From: Eledone cirrhosa
Lineage: Eukaryota
Length of the DNA: 64,000 bases
Assembly: GCA_964016885.1 (NCBI GenBank)
Contig: OZ024760.1
Coordinates: forward strand, 23,250,001-23,314,000
Reading direction: 5' to 3'
The notes beneath the pieces are model-generated. The model worked only from the letters and a program-made list of their open reading frames with translations. It was not told where the DNA came from and did no database searches. Made by a program: the position numbers and the translations under genes. Below, one piece after another: positions 19,116 through 38,355 of the stretch. Every line of letters begins with the position of its first letter. Position 1 is the stretch's first letter.

Positions 19116-19559
19116 ACCATCCAATCTATATGATTAAAGAAAACATGAGATTTAATTTGGCAGTTTGTGATTAATAATCATTATAATTATCGACGATAAT
19201 TACATTTCTTTTATATTTAAAAATACTTCTTTTTTTTTTACGTAATATTATTTGTATATAGTTGTTATTATTTGTTATTTAATGTTTGTTGTTTGTTTTT
19301 TACTTTTTATGTTAGTATATTCCTTCTTTGTTTATCGGAAATTCGCAGATTTGATTTAATTTTAGATAGACGCTTTAATCAAAGTCACATACGATGCCTA
19401 TCGATAATTTATTTATATATAAGTAATGATAATGATGATGATAAAAATAGTAATAATGATGAGAATAATAATAATAACAATAATGATAACAGCAATATTA
19501 ATAATAAAATTAAATAAATATAACTGCTAAGAATTAATGCCTAACTCACAAACAAAGAT

Positions 19560-20045
19560 AAATATATATGCATATATATATATATATGTGTGTGTGTGTG
19601 TATGTATGTGTATATGTGTGTGTGTATGTGTGTGTGTATGTGTGTGTGTATGTGTGTGTGTATATATGTTTTTGTGTGTATATGTGTGCGTATATATGTG
19701 TATATGTGTGTGCATATGTGTGTGTGTATGTGTGTGTATATGTGTATGAGTATATATATATATGAACGTGTGTGTGTGTATATATATATGTATATGTGTG
19801 TATATATATGTATATGTATGTATGTATTAATATGTGTGTGTGTGTGCATATATATATGTATATGTGTGTATATATATGTATATGTGTATATATATATGTA
19901 TATGTATGTATGTATTTACATGTGTGTGTGTGTGCATATATATATGTATATGTGTGTATATATATGTATATGTATGTATGTATTTATATATGTATGTATT
20001 TATATGTATATATGTATACCTATACACACTCGCATACACACGCTC

Positions 20046-20095
<50 letters not shown>

Positions 20096-20311
20096 ATATA
20101 TTAGACCTGGGTGTATATTGTGCAGCCGTTGTAATTATATAACTTAATATATATGAAAGAATAAATACCAACAAAATACTCCAAGAAAGATACTTATGAA
20201 TGTTTAAAATAAATAAATATTATCCCTGAACATACATACATATATGTGTATATATATATATATAAATACATCCTTATATATATATATATAAATATATATA
20301 TATGTATGTAT
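19560..20311. repeat. Compound (TG)n/(TA)n microsatellite upstream of the LINE
   Basis: Direct reading. Confidence 0.85.
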
Positions 20312-20340
20312 GTTTTTTTTTTTTTTTTTTTTTTTTTTTT

Positions 20341-24540
<4,200 letters not shown>

Positions 24541-24562
24541 TAGATAGATAGATACTTGCATA

Positions 24563-24621
<59 letters not shown>

Positions 24622-24670
24622 GATTCTACAGGACTAGAACTGTTTCATTCTTTAGAAATCATCAAGAATC
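24622..24670 (-). ncRNA. Type I hammerhead motif, family A, copy 1 (core C3>U)
   Basis: Minus strand GATTC TTGATGA TTTC taaa GAAT GAAA CAG ttctagtc CTG TA GAATC. Confidence 0.7.
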
Positions 24671-24671
24671 A

Positions 24672-24720
24672 GATTCCTGATGATTTCTAAAGAATGAAAC
24701 AGTTCTAGTCCTGTATAATC
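24672..24720 (+). ncRNA. Type I hammerhead motif, family A, copy 2 (intact core, first stem I pair mismatched)
   Basis: GATTC CTGATGA TTTC taaa GAAT GAAA CAG ttctagtc CTG TA TAATC. Confidence 0.75.
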
Positions 24721-24871
24721 TCATCTATATTAAAACCTATATATATATATATATATAATTATATGCAAGTATCTATCTATTCATACAAACATACATATGT
24801 ATGTATGTATAGATAGATACTTGCATATCATTATATATATATATATATATATATAGGTTTTAACATACATG

Positions 24872-24922
24872 AGATTCTACAGGACTAGAACTGTTTTATT
24901 CTTTAGAAATCATCAGGAATCT
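24872..24922 (-). ncRNA. Type I hammerhead motif, family A, copy 3 (core G12>A)
   Basis: Minus strand AGATTC CTGATGA TTTC taaa GAAT AAAA CAG ttctagtc CTG TA GAATCT. Confidence 0.7.
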
Positions 24923-24971
24923 GATTCCTGATGATTTCTAACGAATGAAACAGTTTTCGTCCTGTGGAATC
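24923..24971 (+). ncRNA. Type I hammerhead motif, family A, copy 4 (cleavage triplet GUG)
   Basis: GATTC CTGATGA TTTC taac GAAT GAAA CAG ttttcgtc CTG TG GAATC. Confidence 0.7.
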
Positions 24972-25120
24972 TCATATATATTAAAACTTTTATACTCTAC
25001 TATGTATTGAGTACCTTACTTACTGTGGTTACCTCCGATTCAATACGGAATAACGTATATATATATATATATATATATATACACGTACATATTGGTGTAC
25101 GTATATATACATGAATGCGC

Positions 25121-25170
<50 letters not shown>

Positions 25171-25246
25171 ATGTGCGTGAATGAGTGTGTGTCTGTGGTC
25201 GCTTGAATGTCTACTGGGAAATATACTCTATATATAAACCTACACT

Positions 25247-25313
<67 letters not shown>

Positions 25314-25469
25314 CGATATTAATAAATGGAAACTATATTTATAAAAGCATATTTTGGGGGATTTTTGGGGGTACTCTGCCATGTATTGAGTACCTTACTT
25401 ACTGTGGTTATCCCACTCTGCCATGTATTGAGTACCTTGCTTACTGTGGTTACTCCCCCCCCCCCTCCA

Positions 25470-25668
25470 TCCACCACCCCTCCCTTACCACTACCTAAAT
25501 GTATAAATACCAGAACTTAATATGACACCCAGCATCCTGAAGATTTCATCTGAATGAAACAGTACTAGTCCTGTAGAAGCTCCTTCTATAAAATAAAAAA
25601 TGTTTACTCTGCCATGTATTGAGTACCTTACTTACTGTGGTTATCCCCGACTCAATCCGGGACCTACG
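25470..25668 (+). mobile_element. Penelope-like pseudo-LTR-type non-autonomous element (family A)
   Basis: TATAAATACC (25502), then hammerhead (25531-25581), AATAAA (25592), then tail ACTCTGCCATGTATTGAGTACCTTACTTACTGTGGTTATCCCCG, then (TA)n. The tail recurs at about 24993-25050, 25372-25455 (twice) and 37830-37887. Confidence 0.65.
25531..25581 (+). ncRNA. Type I hammerhead ribozyme, family A, intact core
   Basis: AGCATC CTGAAGA TTTC atct GAAT GAAA CAG tactagtc CTG TA GAAGCT. GUA cleavage site, stem I 5 of 6 pairs, ACTAGT palindrome in loop III. Confidence 0.8.
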
Positions 25669-25699
<31 letters not shown>

Positions 25700-26026
25700 A
25701 CACACGCATACGCACACGCATACATATAGTTTCTATATTCATATAGGGAACTGATGATGTAGCATTTGCAGTTCTATTTTGTTTGTGTTACATACGCAAC
25801 ATTCCAGCATTTAATCACACTATAGAAATGGTTAATATGTTGAAATCGTGAAATGAAATTCAAAGGACACTAACTAGGTAGATAGAAGAAACACACGTAC
25901 ACCTGAAAACACTTTGCCTAACAAATTGTACATTTGTTCCAATTGAAACATAACATTCAATCAGGTTGAAACACAATACACGTATATTTGTCTTCCATGC
26001 AAACACAACTGCACCACACAATGGAC

Positions 26027-26029
26027 GTG

Positions 26030-26079
<50 letters not shown>

Positions 26080-26436
26080 ATATGTATATATATATTTGTA
26101 TGTATGTATGCATGTATCTACGAATGTATATATTTGTATGCATGTATCTACGTATGTATATATTTGTATGTATGTATCTATGTATATATTTTTATGTATG
26201 TATGTATATATTTGTATGTATGTATATCTTTGTATGTACGTATGTATATATTTGTATGTATGTATATATTTGTATGTATGTATATATGTGTATGTATGTA
26301 TATATTTGTATGTATATATTTGTATGTATGTATGTATATATTTGTTAGTGTGTATATATTTGTATGTATGTATGTATGTATATATTTGTATGTATGTATA
26401 TATTTGTATGTATGTATGTATGTATATATTTGTATG

Positions 26437-26473
<37 letters not shown>

Positions 26474-26480
26474 GTATATC

Positions 26481-26511
<31 letters not shown>

Positions 26512-26562
26512 GTATATATTTGTATGTATGTGTATATATATATATATATATATATCTGTATA

Positions 26563-26599
<37 letters not shown>

Positions 26600-26770
26600 A
26601 TATGTATAGGTTTATATAAATATATATGTGTGTATATGTATAGGTTTATATCTATACATATATATGTGTGTATATGTATAGGTTTATATATATATTTATA
26701 CTTATATGTGTGTATATATATATATATTTGTATACATATGTCTGTATATATATATATATTTTTATACATA

Positions 26771-26803
<33 letters not shown>

Positions 26804-26843
26804 TTATACATATATATATGTGCGTATATATATATATGTATCT

Positions 26844-26883
<40 letters not shown>

Positions 26884-27002
26884 GTGTTTCTATATATATG
26901 TATGTATATATTTGTATGTATGTATGTATATATATATATATATATATATATTTGTATGTATGTATGTATATATATATATATATATATATATTTGTATGTA
27001 TG

Positions 27003-27049
<47 letters not shown>

Positions 27050-27125
27050 ATTTTTTCATGATATTTGGATTACATCGAGGTCTTCATACGAATTGGGCTC
27101 TACCGTACATTTTGGTAGATTTATC

Positions 27126-27168
<43 letters not shown>

Positions 27169-27581
27169 GAATATATATGTATATCTATGTATATATAAAA
27201 ATGTATATCTATCTACCTATCTCTATATATGTATATGAGTGTGATCATCGTGCGTGTGTGTTTATGTAAAAGAAAATTTACGCGTGAATGTTACCACATA
27301 TTCATTAAACTTATATACTGATATCTCTTTGTTTAGAGTTGCTACCACAGGTAGAAAATCCGCGGAGACTTTGCAACCATCTCTACACTTCAAACACAGA
27401 TATATACACTTCCCCATCTAGTCACACAATTTGTAAACTAATGTGCAATCTCATACATTTGTATTCACATAAGACTCCTATCTTTATTTATGTACCTTAC
27501 AAATATGTACACACGATTGTGTGTTCACACAAGTAAACGTTCACACACAACGCAAACGCAAATAGTGAAACACACAGGAAG

Positions 27582-27617
<36 letters not shown>

Positions 27618-27742
27618 TTACAAATATATTTACATGCATACATACAAACATATATGTACATATATATACTTATATACATGAATACATACAAACATAAATA
27701 TATATATATATATATATATATACATGCATCCATATATATATC

Positions 27743-27793
<51 letters not shown>

Positions 27794-28002
27794 GCATACA
27801 TACATGTATATATATATATACATGCATACCTACATATATATACATGCATACATACATGTATATATATATATACATGCATACCTACATATATATATATACA
27901 TACATGCATACATATATATATATGTATGCATGCATACATACATACACACATATATATACACACACACACACACGCACATACACACACACACACATATATA
28001 TA

Positions 28003-28062
<60 letters not shown>
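26027..28062. repeat. Compound (TA)n/(TATG)n/(CATA)n blocks
   Basis: Direct reading; short unique islands near 27050-27580. Confidence 0.85.
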
Positions 28063-28065
<3 letters not shown>

Positions 28066-28213
28066 ATATACTTTGGGAGGGTCTTGTTGCCAATGAGAAA
28101 AAGACGCACCTGTTGCTTTCACTTCAATTCATTATAATAAATCTATAAATTTAGGAATTTATAAATTTCCGGTTGGTTGGTTGGTTCCACAACCAGATGT
28201 TTGTTTATATATT

Positions 28214-28256
28214 GTCAAAGTTCTTTCGTCACACATTATGTGACCTCTTCAGTGAC
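28214..28256 (-). ncRNA. Type I minimal hammerhead ribozyme, family D
   Basis: Minus strand GTCA CTGAAGA g GTCACA taatg TGTGAC GAAA gaac TT TGAC. Stem I GTCA/TGAC, 6-bp stem II, minimal stem III. Confidence 0.75.
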
Positions 28257-28334
28257 TGATGATTCTTTTCTTTGTTTTTGTGTGCCTCTCCTTTGTTCTG
28301 TCCTACGTCATCTTTTTTTTTGTGTGTGTGTTGT

Positions 28335-28610
28335 GTGCCTAGTTTGCGCATGTTACATCCGGGTGTCTGTGTGTGTTTATATTCGTTTATTTATTTGTTT
28401 ATTTACATGTTACTGGTTGTTTGTTCTATGTGCGTGTGTGTTTTCATTTTGTCAACATCACAACTTACAATTAAGGACAACATGAAAACACACACGCACA
28501 TAGAACAAACAACCAACGAGTAACATGTAAATAAACAAATAAATAAACGAATATAAACACACACACACACACCCGGATGTAACACATGCGCAAACTAAGC
28601 ACACAGCATA
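28335..28610. repeat. Fold-back inverted repeat (~120-bp arms)
   Basis: TGTGCCTAGTTTGCGCATGTTACATCCGGGTG..TGTGTGTTTTCAT pairs with ATGAAAACACACA..CACCCGGATGTAACACATGCGCAAACTAAGCACA. Confidence 0.85.
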
Positions 28611-28615
28611 TGCAT

Positions 28616-29980
<1,365 letters not shown>

Positions 29981-31254
29981 ACACACACGTACCAGTTTAC
30001 ATTGGCCTTTTACGAAGAAGCCAAGTAGCCAACATGATGGAAACTTACCATAAACGAAATTACCTCCATAAATGCGTGAGCGGTAATTGGATGGCGAAGA
30101 ATACGTTTAAAATGGCGAAATAAATGCATCGATATGTTTAGGATGTACAGCTTTTGTGATATAGGCCTCTGCTTTAATTGATATTTTATTTACCTAGCGT
30201 TTTATTTAAAGTGAAATGTTGACTATAAAGTATCCAGCGCTCAATCGCCCATCTTTATATTCTAGGATGTCACACCATTTTATCGTTCGTCGCAGACATC
30301 TTCTCCGATAAACAGTTGTTTGCTTACAGTCAACTTTTATCTGGTGTTTTTACTTATTTTTCTTCCTCCTTCAGTCAATGGCTTGAGGAAAATATATTGT
30401 TCTGTCAGCCTACTAAGACGCTACTTAACTCCAAGCATTCTGAACATTCCTGTTGATATTGCTGTTGTTGTTACTGCAGTTCGTTGTCTGGTTATTGTTG
30501 GTGGTTTTGCTGTTGTTGTTGTTGTCTGTCTACATGTTTGTGCTCTCTTGTTGTTCATATGTTGGTGTTGTGGCTACTGTTGTCTACATCAGAGTTCAAT
30601 TCAGATTCACTGGTTCTAAGTTAAAGCAATAATCTCTCACCCACTTTCTCTTCTCCCTCATTATCTCTCTGTCACTTTTCTCTCTCATGCTTTCTCTTTC
30701 ACACTCACCTACTCTCACCTTCTCTCTATTTCTCTCTCATTATGTCTGTCACTCTTCTCTCTCTCCGCTCTCTCTCATGCTTTCTCTTTCACACTCACCT
30801 ACTCTAGCCTATTCTCACCTACTCTCTCTTCTCTCTCATTATTTCTCTGTCACTCTTCTCTCTCTCCTCATTTACTCATGCTTTCTCTTTCACACTCACC
30901 TACACTCTCTTCTCTCTCCATATCTCTCTGACGCTGTTCTATATCTCTCTCTCTCTCTGTCACTGTTCTCTCTCATGCTTTCTCTTTCACTCTCAGCTAC
31001 CCTTACCTTCTCTCCCTTCTCTCTCATTATCTGTCTGCAACTGTTATCTCTCGTGTTTTCTCTTTCACTCTCCTCTCTCACTTCTGACGACATTTTATGC
31101 CCGAAACGTCAGTTTCGTCTGCAACAGTTCATATATAATCTGATAAGTCGTCAATCGTTTCACCGAATGAGTTTTGACGACGGGACCATGATTAGAGATT
31201 TTATTTCTTTATCGAAAATGAAATGTATTTAAGATACGACCATGTCTTCATTTA

Positions 31255-32460
31255 TCATTGCCGCCGTTGTTGTCGCCGTTGTCGTCGTTGACGTTGTCGT
31301 CGTTTCCGTCATTGACGTTGTCATCGTTGCCGTTGTCGTAGTTGCCGTCGTTGCCGTTGTCGTCGTTGCCATTGTCGTCGTTGCCGTTGTCATTGCCGTT
31401 GCCGTTGTCGTCGTTGCCGTTGTTGTCGTCGTCGTTGCCGCTGTCGCCGTTGCCGTTTTAGTCGTTGCCGTTTTAGTCGTTGCCGTTGCCGTCGTTGCCG
31501 TTGTCGTCGTTGCCGTTGTCGTCGTTGCCATTGTCGTCGTTGCCGTTGTCATTGCCGTTGTCGTCGTTGCCGTTGTCGCCGTCGTTGCCGCTGTCGCCGT
31601 TGCCGTTTTAGTCGTTGCCGTTTTAGTCGTTGCCGTTTTAGTCGTTGCCGTTTTAGTCGTTGCCGTTGCCGTCGTTGCCGTTGTCGTCGTTGTCGTCGTC
31701 GTCGTTGCCGCTGTCGCCGTTGCCGTTTTAGTCGTTGCCGTTTTAGTCGTTGCCGTTGTCGTCGTTGCCGTCGTTGTCGTTGTCGTCGTTGTCGTTGTTG
31801 CCGTTGTCCTTAGTCATCGCTGATGTTGTCGTGTAATCTGTCATCACCGTCATGTTTGTAGTCTGCGTTTTTGTGGTCGCTGTCGTCGACGTGGTCGTCG
31901 ATGACGTAGTCGTCGTGCTCGTTGATGACGTTGTTGTCGTCGTGCTCGTCGATGACGTTGTTGTCGTCGTGATCGTCGATGACGTCGTTGTCGTCCTGCT
32001 CGTCGATGACGTCGTTGTCGTCCTGCTCGTCGATGACGTCGTTGTCGTCGTGCTCGTCGATGACGTCGTTGTCGTCATGCTCGTCGATGACGTCGTTGTT
32101 GTCGATGACGTTGTCGTAGTTGACGTCGTTGTTGTCGATGACGTCGTGGTAGTTGTCGTGGTAGTTGTCGTCGCCGACGTCGGCGTCAACTTCGTCATCG
32201 TCATTCTTGTTGTCAACGCTGACGTTATTGTTGTGGGCGTCGTTGTTGTCATCGTTGTCACCGCTGACGTTGTTGTTGTCATCGTTGTCACCGTCGACGT
32301 TGTTGTTGTCGACGCTGTCGCCGCTGACGTTGTTGTCATTGTCGTCGTCGTCAGTGACGTTGTTGTCGCTGACGCCGCTCACTTTTTCATCGGCGTAGAT
32401 TTAGGTGTCCCTGACGTTGTCGTCGCTGACATCGTCATTGTTGTCGTCGTTACATTGTTG
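31255..32460. repeat. (GTC/GTT/GCC)n trinucleotide-derived minisatellites
   Basis: GTCGTTGCC and GTCGATGACGTCGTT units. Confidence 0.9.
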
Positions 32461-33056
32461 ACATGGTTGTAGTCTTCGACGTCGTTTTTCGTCATCAGTG
32501 TCACTACAATCATTTTCATCATGTCTGCTAATGACTATGTGGTGGTGCTGGTGATGGTCCTATTGTTTAACCCCAGGACAACTCGTAACCAGCAGACAAA
32601 CTATGCATAACATTCCAGTTTGGATTGGTACGTTTCGTGTTTAGCAAGATCCACCAAAATGTTTTCTTCTTTAAATTTCCCCAAACCACTGAGTGGGACT
32701 TAATGAAGACAATTTTTAAAGAAACAAAAGCACACACACACACACAGACACACTTACATACACTTACACACACATATACATACATACATACAGACATATA
32801 TAAACATACACACGCATACACACACACACATACACACACACATACACACACACACACACACACATACACACATACATACACACATACATGCATACATGCA
32901 TGCATATATACATGCATACATACACGCAAACACACACACACACACACATACACACACATACACACACACATACACACACACACACACATACCTACACACA
33001 TACATACACACACATGCATATATACATGCATACATACACGCAAACACACACACACA

Positions 33057-33120
<64 letters not shown>

Positions 33121-33241
33121 AGTTCAAGGCGTTTGCTTCTGACAGGACTCGCTGAAGGATTGTTTGAGGACTTTGCCTCTACGATCCTAACAGGAATAGG
33201 TTAGGAAAAACACACATATATATATAGATATGTGTGAGTGT

Positions 33242-33299
<58 letters not shown>

Positions 33300-34034
33300 A
33301 TATATATATATAGTAGATGCCAAGAACAATGCCAGGTAGAATGACAACCCGCTAACCAGTTAAACAAAGACAATAAATCAAAAAAGTCTCTTTATATTAT
33401 TTCAAGTACATAAAACGTAACATGAAAGGAATAAACGCCCTAAACGCCATTTTAATCTCCTAACTTATGCAACTCTTAACCGACATTTTTTTAAAAACAC
33501 AATTATTACGTCCTTTGCGGAAATTTACAAAAATTTAGCATTTCAACATATGTTAAGCATATGGTAAGTAAACATATGTCCTGTAACTTAGCGCTTCGAC
33601 AAAACAGAGGTCGATAAAATAAATCTGAGAGTAGGAAATATTGGTGGTGGTGGTAGATTGTATCATTATATTTGACAAAAGATGGTGATATATGTATATA
33701 TATATATACACACCCACACATACACACACACGCATACATACATACACACATACATACATACACATACACACACACACACGCATACACACACACACATACA
33801 TACATACATACATACATACATACATACATACATGTCAAATTATCCTGATTCAGTTTTATCGTTGCTTTGCTCCCTGTGGCTGGCTTAGCGGTCCCAATCT
33901 TCAATTTGCAAAGCTGTCTAAACGTAATATTATAACTCTAAGATAAAATACCTTATTGAGTGCTTAGTTGCACATTCCGATTGCATTCGTTAGCTTAGCT
34001 GCAGCCAGAGCTTTGATTACGATGTACTTACATT

Positions 34035-34093
<59 letters not shown>

Positions 34094-34902
34094 TTAAAGA
34101 CGTAAAATTAAAAAAAATATAGTAATTAACTCACTTACTTAAATTAGTATAATTTTCTTATTTTACGTTTTTATATAATTGTTCTAAATCTCTTTGTATT
34201 GAACCACAAAGTTACTAATACAAAACTTATATCTTTGCTAGCGTAAGTATACATCTGTATAAATAGGTTGGTAGATATACTAATTCTTTATATATATATA
34301 TATATAGTAATAATAATAAATGTGAAGACTAAAATTCAGAGAGAGCTCGATTTGGATAAATATATATGAAATATATAAGAACTATAGAGAGAAAGAGAGA
34401 GAGACATATAGATATAGATATATACATAGAAATACATATATAGAGCTACACAAATATAGATATACATAGATCGATGTATAAATAGAGATATACAACTAGA
34501 TATAAGTAGAGATAAATACATAGATAGATAGTTATGTAATTATGTAGTAAATTTAAAAAGGAAGAAAACATTTATTTGTGTCTGTGCCTGAGTCTCTCTG
34601 TATGTGCATGTGTCTCACTGAGTGTGCATGTGTGTCTGTGTGTGAGTGTGTGTGAACGAGTCTGTGTGTGACCGCATCTGTGTGTGTGTGTGAGTGTGTG
34701 GTTTGTATGTAGCAAATATCCATTCGTACGTGCTTCTGGGAGACGGCTTTATTTTAAAAGCGCAAGCTGACGCCTCTCAACTAATGGGACACATGAAGAA
34801 CATTGTCATATAATATAATATAATATGATACAATATAATATAATATGATATAGTATAATATAATATAATAGAACGTGATATAATATAATATATTGTATAA
34901 TA

Positions 34903-34947
<45 letters not shown>

Positions 34948-34950
34948 ATT

Positions 34951-35428
34951 TAATTGTGTCTACTTTAGGCACAAGACCAGCAATTGCCCAGTACATTACT
35001 GGTACTTTATTTTATCGACCCCGTAAGGATGAAAGGCAAAGTTAACCTCGGCATAATATAATTGTTTCTACTTTAGGCACAAGGCCAGCAATTATCCCAG
35101 TGCATTACTGGTACTTTATTTTATCGACCCCGTAAGGATGAAAGGCAAAGTTAACCTCGGCGGGATTTGAACTCAGATCATAAAGGGACGTAACTATGCT
35201 GGAAAGCATGGCGTCCGACCCTCTACCGATACTGACAATCCGCCGCCTCGGCATAATATAATATAATATATATATATACATACATATATATAATATAATT
35301 GTTTCTACGTTAGGCACAAGGCCAGCAATTACCCAGTGCAATACTGGTACTTTATTTTATCGACCACGTAAGGATGAAAGGCAAAGTTAACCTTGGCGGG
35401 ATTTGAACTCAGAATGGCAAGGGCCGTA
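34951..35428 (-). mobile_element. Cluster of three SINE copies; the middle one is full-length with a 17-bp TSD
   Basis: Copies at about 34951-35052, 35058-35250 and 35296-35428. CCTCGGCATAATATAAT at 35046-35062 and 35246-35262. Confidence 0.85.
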
Positions 35429-35504
35429 TCTCTAAATATAATATAATATATACATATATATATATACACATAAATATATATATATATAATGTAATATATA
35501 TATG

Positions 35505-35554
<50 letters not shown>

Positions 35555-35650
35555 AATGAAGTAATTCCGTCGGAAAAGACCAGGAAAAAAGAGTGCTCTA
35601 TGTAGGTAACAGAGCTTAATAGTTATGTAGTAAACAACATAAGGCAATTA

Positions 35651-35710
35651 TTGCATTTACCAGTGGTTTCTTAAAAGCAAAAGATTTTGCTTTCAATCCA
35701 CAGAATGAAA
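35651..35710 (-). ncRNA. Type I hammerhead motif, family E, core A6>U
   Basis: Inverted twin of 35771-35830 with CTGTGGA in place of CTGAGGA. Confidence 0.65.
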
Positions 35711-35770
35711 AAATCCTGGTCTGTTTATTGAATTTTTAAAAATCCAAATTCAATAAACAGACCAGGATTT

Positions 35771-35830
35771 TTTCATTCTGAGGATTGAAAGCAAAATCTT
35801 TTGCTTTTAAGAAACCACTGGTAAATGGAA
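35771..35830 (+). ncRNA. Type I hammerhead ribozyme, family E, intact
   Basis: TTTCATT CTGAGGA TTGAAAGCAAA atct TTTGCTTTTAA GAAA CCACTGG TA AATGGAA. 7-bp stem I, 11-bp stem II, near-palindromic ACCACTGGT stem III, GUA site. Confidence 0.85.
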
Positions 35831-35857
35831 TAATTGCCTTATGTTGTTTATTACATA

Positions 35858-35980
35858 ACTATATATATATATATAATATAATATAATGCAATATATATAT
35901 ACATACATATATATATATATATAATATAATGCAATATATATATACATATATATACATATCTAATATAATGTAATATATAT

Positions 35981-36025
<45 letters not shown>

Positions 36026-36191
36026 ATATATACATTCATATATATATATGTGATATATATATACATATATATATATATATATGTAATATATATACATACG
36101 TATATATATATATATATATATATGTAATATATATACATACGTATATATATATATATATAAATATATATATATGTAATATATATATACATAC

Positions 36192-36229
<38 letters not shown>

Positions 36230-36279
36230 TATATATATATATATATATATATGTATGTTATATATATATATATACATAC

Positions 36280-36324
<45 letters not shown>

Positions 36325-36371
36325 ATATATATATACATACGTATATATATATATATATATATATACATACG

Positions 36372-36402
<31 letters not shown>

Positions 36403-36412
36403 TATACATACG

Positions 36413-36444
<32 letters not shown>

Positions 36445-36446
36445 CG

Positions 36447-36477
<31 letters not shown>

Positions 36478-36486
36478 TATACATAC

Positions 36487-36524
<38 letters not shown>

Positions 36525-36533
36525 TATACATAC

Positions 36534-36577
<44 letters not shown>

Positions 36578-36633
36578 TATACATACGTATATATATATAT
36601 ATATATATATATATGTAATATATATATACATAC

Positions 36634-36678
<45 letters not shown>

Positions 36679-36679
36679 C

Positions 36680-36724
<45 letters not shown>

Positions 36725-36760
36725 GTAACATAACGTATTATAATATATACACATATATAT
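35858..36760. repeat. (TA)n with CATACG interruptions
   Basis: Direct reading. Confidence 0.9.
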
Positions 36761-37492
36761 AACTATAGAGGCCTTGATGTGTTTTTAATTCAGTTAGACT
36801 CCATAACATTATATTTATTTATATATAGGATATTTTTAAATACAAAACATGTCTTCTTACAATAGTTATTATAGAAACGGTTTATATATTTACATATTAT
36901 CATTTTTCTGTCCGTTGCTTTATTAATTTTCTTCCTCGGAGGCTGTTTTTACAATAACATTTTATACAAACACAAATATCCATTATATTCAAACCAAATA
37001 GAGGGAAAGAAATGCTGGGATTTCTCTATTTCTTATCATTTTGTTTCTTTTTATTGCATCGCTATGGTTTTATTTGTTACCTCTCTTTATTTTAAAATCT
37101 ATTTTGTCACAAGTTTCCATTCTTTTCTCTCCATTCATTTCATCGTGTTCTGTTTTGTGTTTTTTTCGTTTGATTTTGACTCAATTTTTTTAATTCTTTT
37201 CGTTTTCAAATTCAATATGGAGAAATGTTTGTAAACCACTAACGAGATTAAAATTATGCATTAGATACAATTTATTCTCTTTGATAAAATATATTTACAA
37301 TATGTATTTACACAACTGATATTACAGACAGATTAAATGTTTTCCCTCACAGATATCATCGTCATGGGTAGCTCTTTTTTTGCAATGACTCAAACGCATA
37401 TGGACACGCGCACACGCAAGCACACGCATGCACACAGACACGCGCGCACACGCACAGACACGCGCGCGCACGCACACACACGCGCGCACACG

Positions 37493-37538
<46 letters not shown>

Positions 37539-37603
37539 GCGAAATGAACGGACCTTGGTGTTTCGTATTGACCCTGCTTGGTCTACGCCATATTTCTACT
37601 TCT

Positions 37604-37642
37604 ATTTCTTGATGAAGGACTAGGGTCCGAAACGTAAAGGTG
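37604..37642 (+). ncRNA. Possible degenerate minimal hammerhead motif
   Basis: TTGATGA a GGAC tagg GTCC GAAACGTA aagg. Good stem II and ACGT palindrome, but C3>U and poor stem I. Confidence 0.4.
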
Positions 37643-37777
37643 TTTCCTTCTATATTAAGCATGAAACTATTATATATATTCATTAGACTTCATAGTCTGT
37701 TGTGTTTTTCCGTATATTTTTCACACAAACACACACACACACATCTATTTAACTCTCTATCTATCTATGTATCGCCT

Positions 37778-37890
37778 TCGAATGAAACAGTTCTTGTCCT
37801 GTAGAGGCCATTTCTATATTAAATATTTACACTCTGCTATATATTGAGTACCTTACTTACTGCGGTTATCCCCGATTGAACCCGGCATAA
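37778..37890 (+). mobile_element. 5'-truncated family A element (hammerhead 3' half + tail)
   Basis: GAATGAAACAGTTCTTGTCCTGTAGA followed by ACTCTGCTATATATTGAGTACCTTACTTACTGCGGTTATCCCCG, homologous to 25552-25660. Confidence 0.7.
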
Positions 37891-38121
37891 ACATATATAT
37901 ATATATTTATAAACGTTTGTATATGTATAATAAAGTCAAAACAGTGCAGATATGGACATAGAATAAAGAATGCAAATGCAAAAGATATTGTTGACAATTA
38001 GTCTTTTACCTTAGATTTATTTAAATGTCCTTAATTTTCTTCGGAGGGAAGTAAAGCGGTTAAACCAGTGTTCTAAATAGCTTGCCAAGTCATGCTGACA
38101 GGAAATGGTATAGAGTATCTG

Positions 38122-38163
<42 letters not shown>

Positions 38164-38290
38164 AAAGTTATGTTTAAATTGTTGGGATACAACAAGCAAA
38201 TATTTTTATAACTGATATAAAGCACTCGACAAATATTTGGAGTAGATATACGATATTAATAAATGGAAACTATATTTATAATACCATATT

Positions 38291-38355
38291 TATTTCATTA
38301 TATATATTTCAAGGATACCAAGTTACATTATGGTATGCCTTCATCAGACAAAATA
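38291..38355 (-). ncRNA. Type I minimal hammerhead ribozyme, family B
   Basis: Minus strand TATTTTGT CTGATGA AGGcATACCA..TGGTATCCT t GAAA TATATA TA ATGAAATA. 8-bp stem I with two G-U pairs, palindromic ATATATAT stem III, AUA site. Confidence 0.75.

Noticed and set aside
31078-31114. CTGACGA..CGAAACGTCAG minimal hammerhead-like motif
   Set aside because: Resembles PLE motifs but stem II cannot form and stem I is only 1-2 bp.
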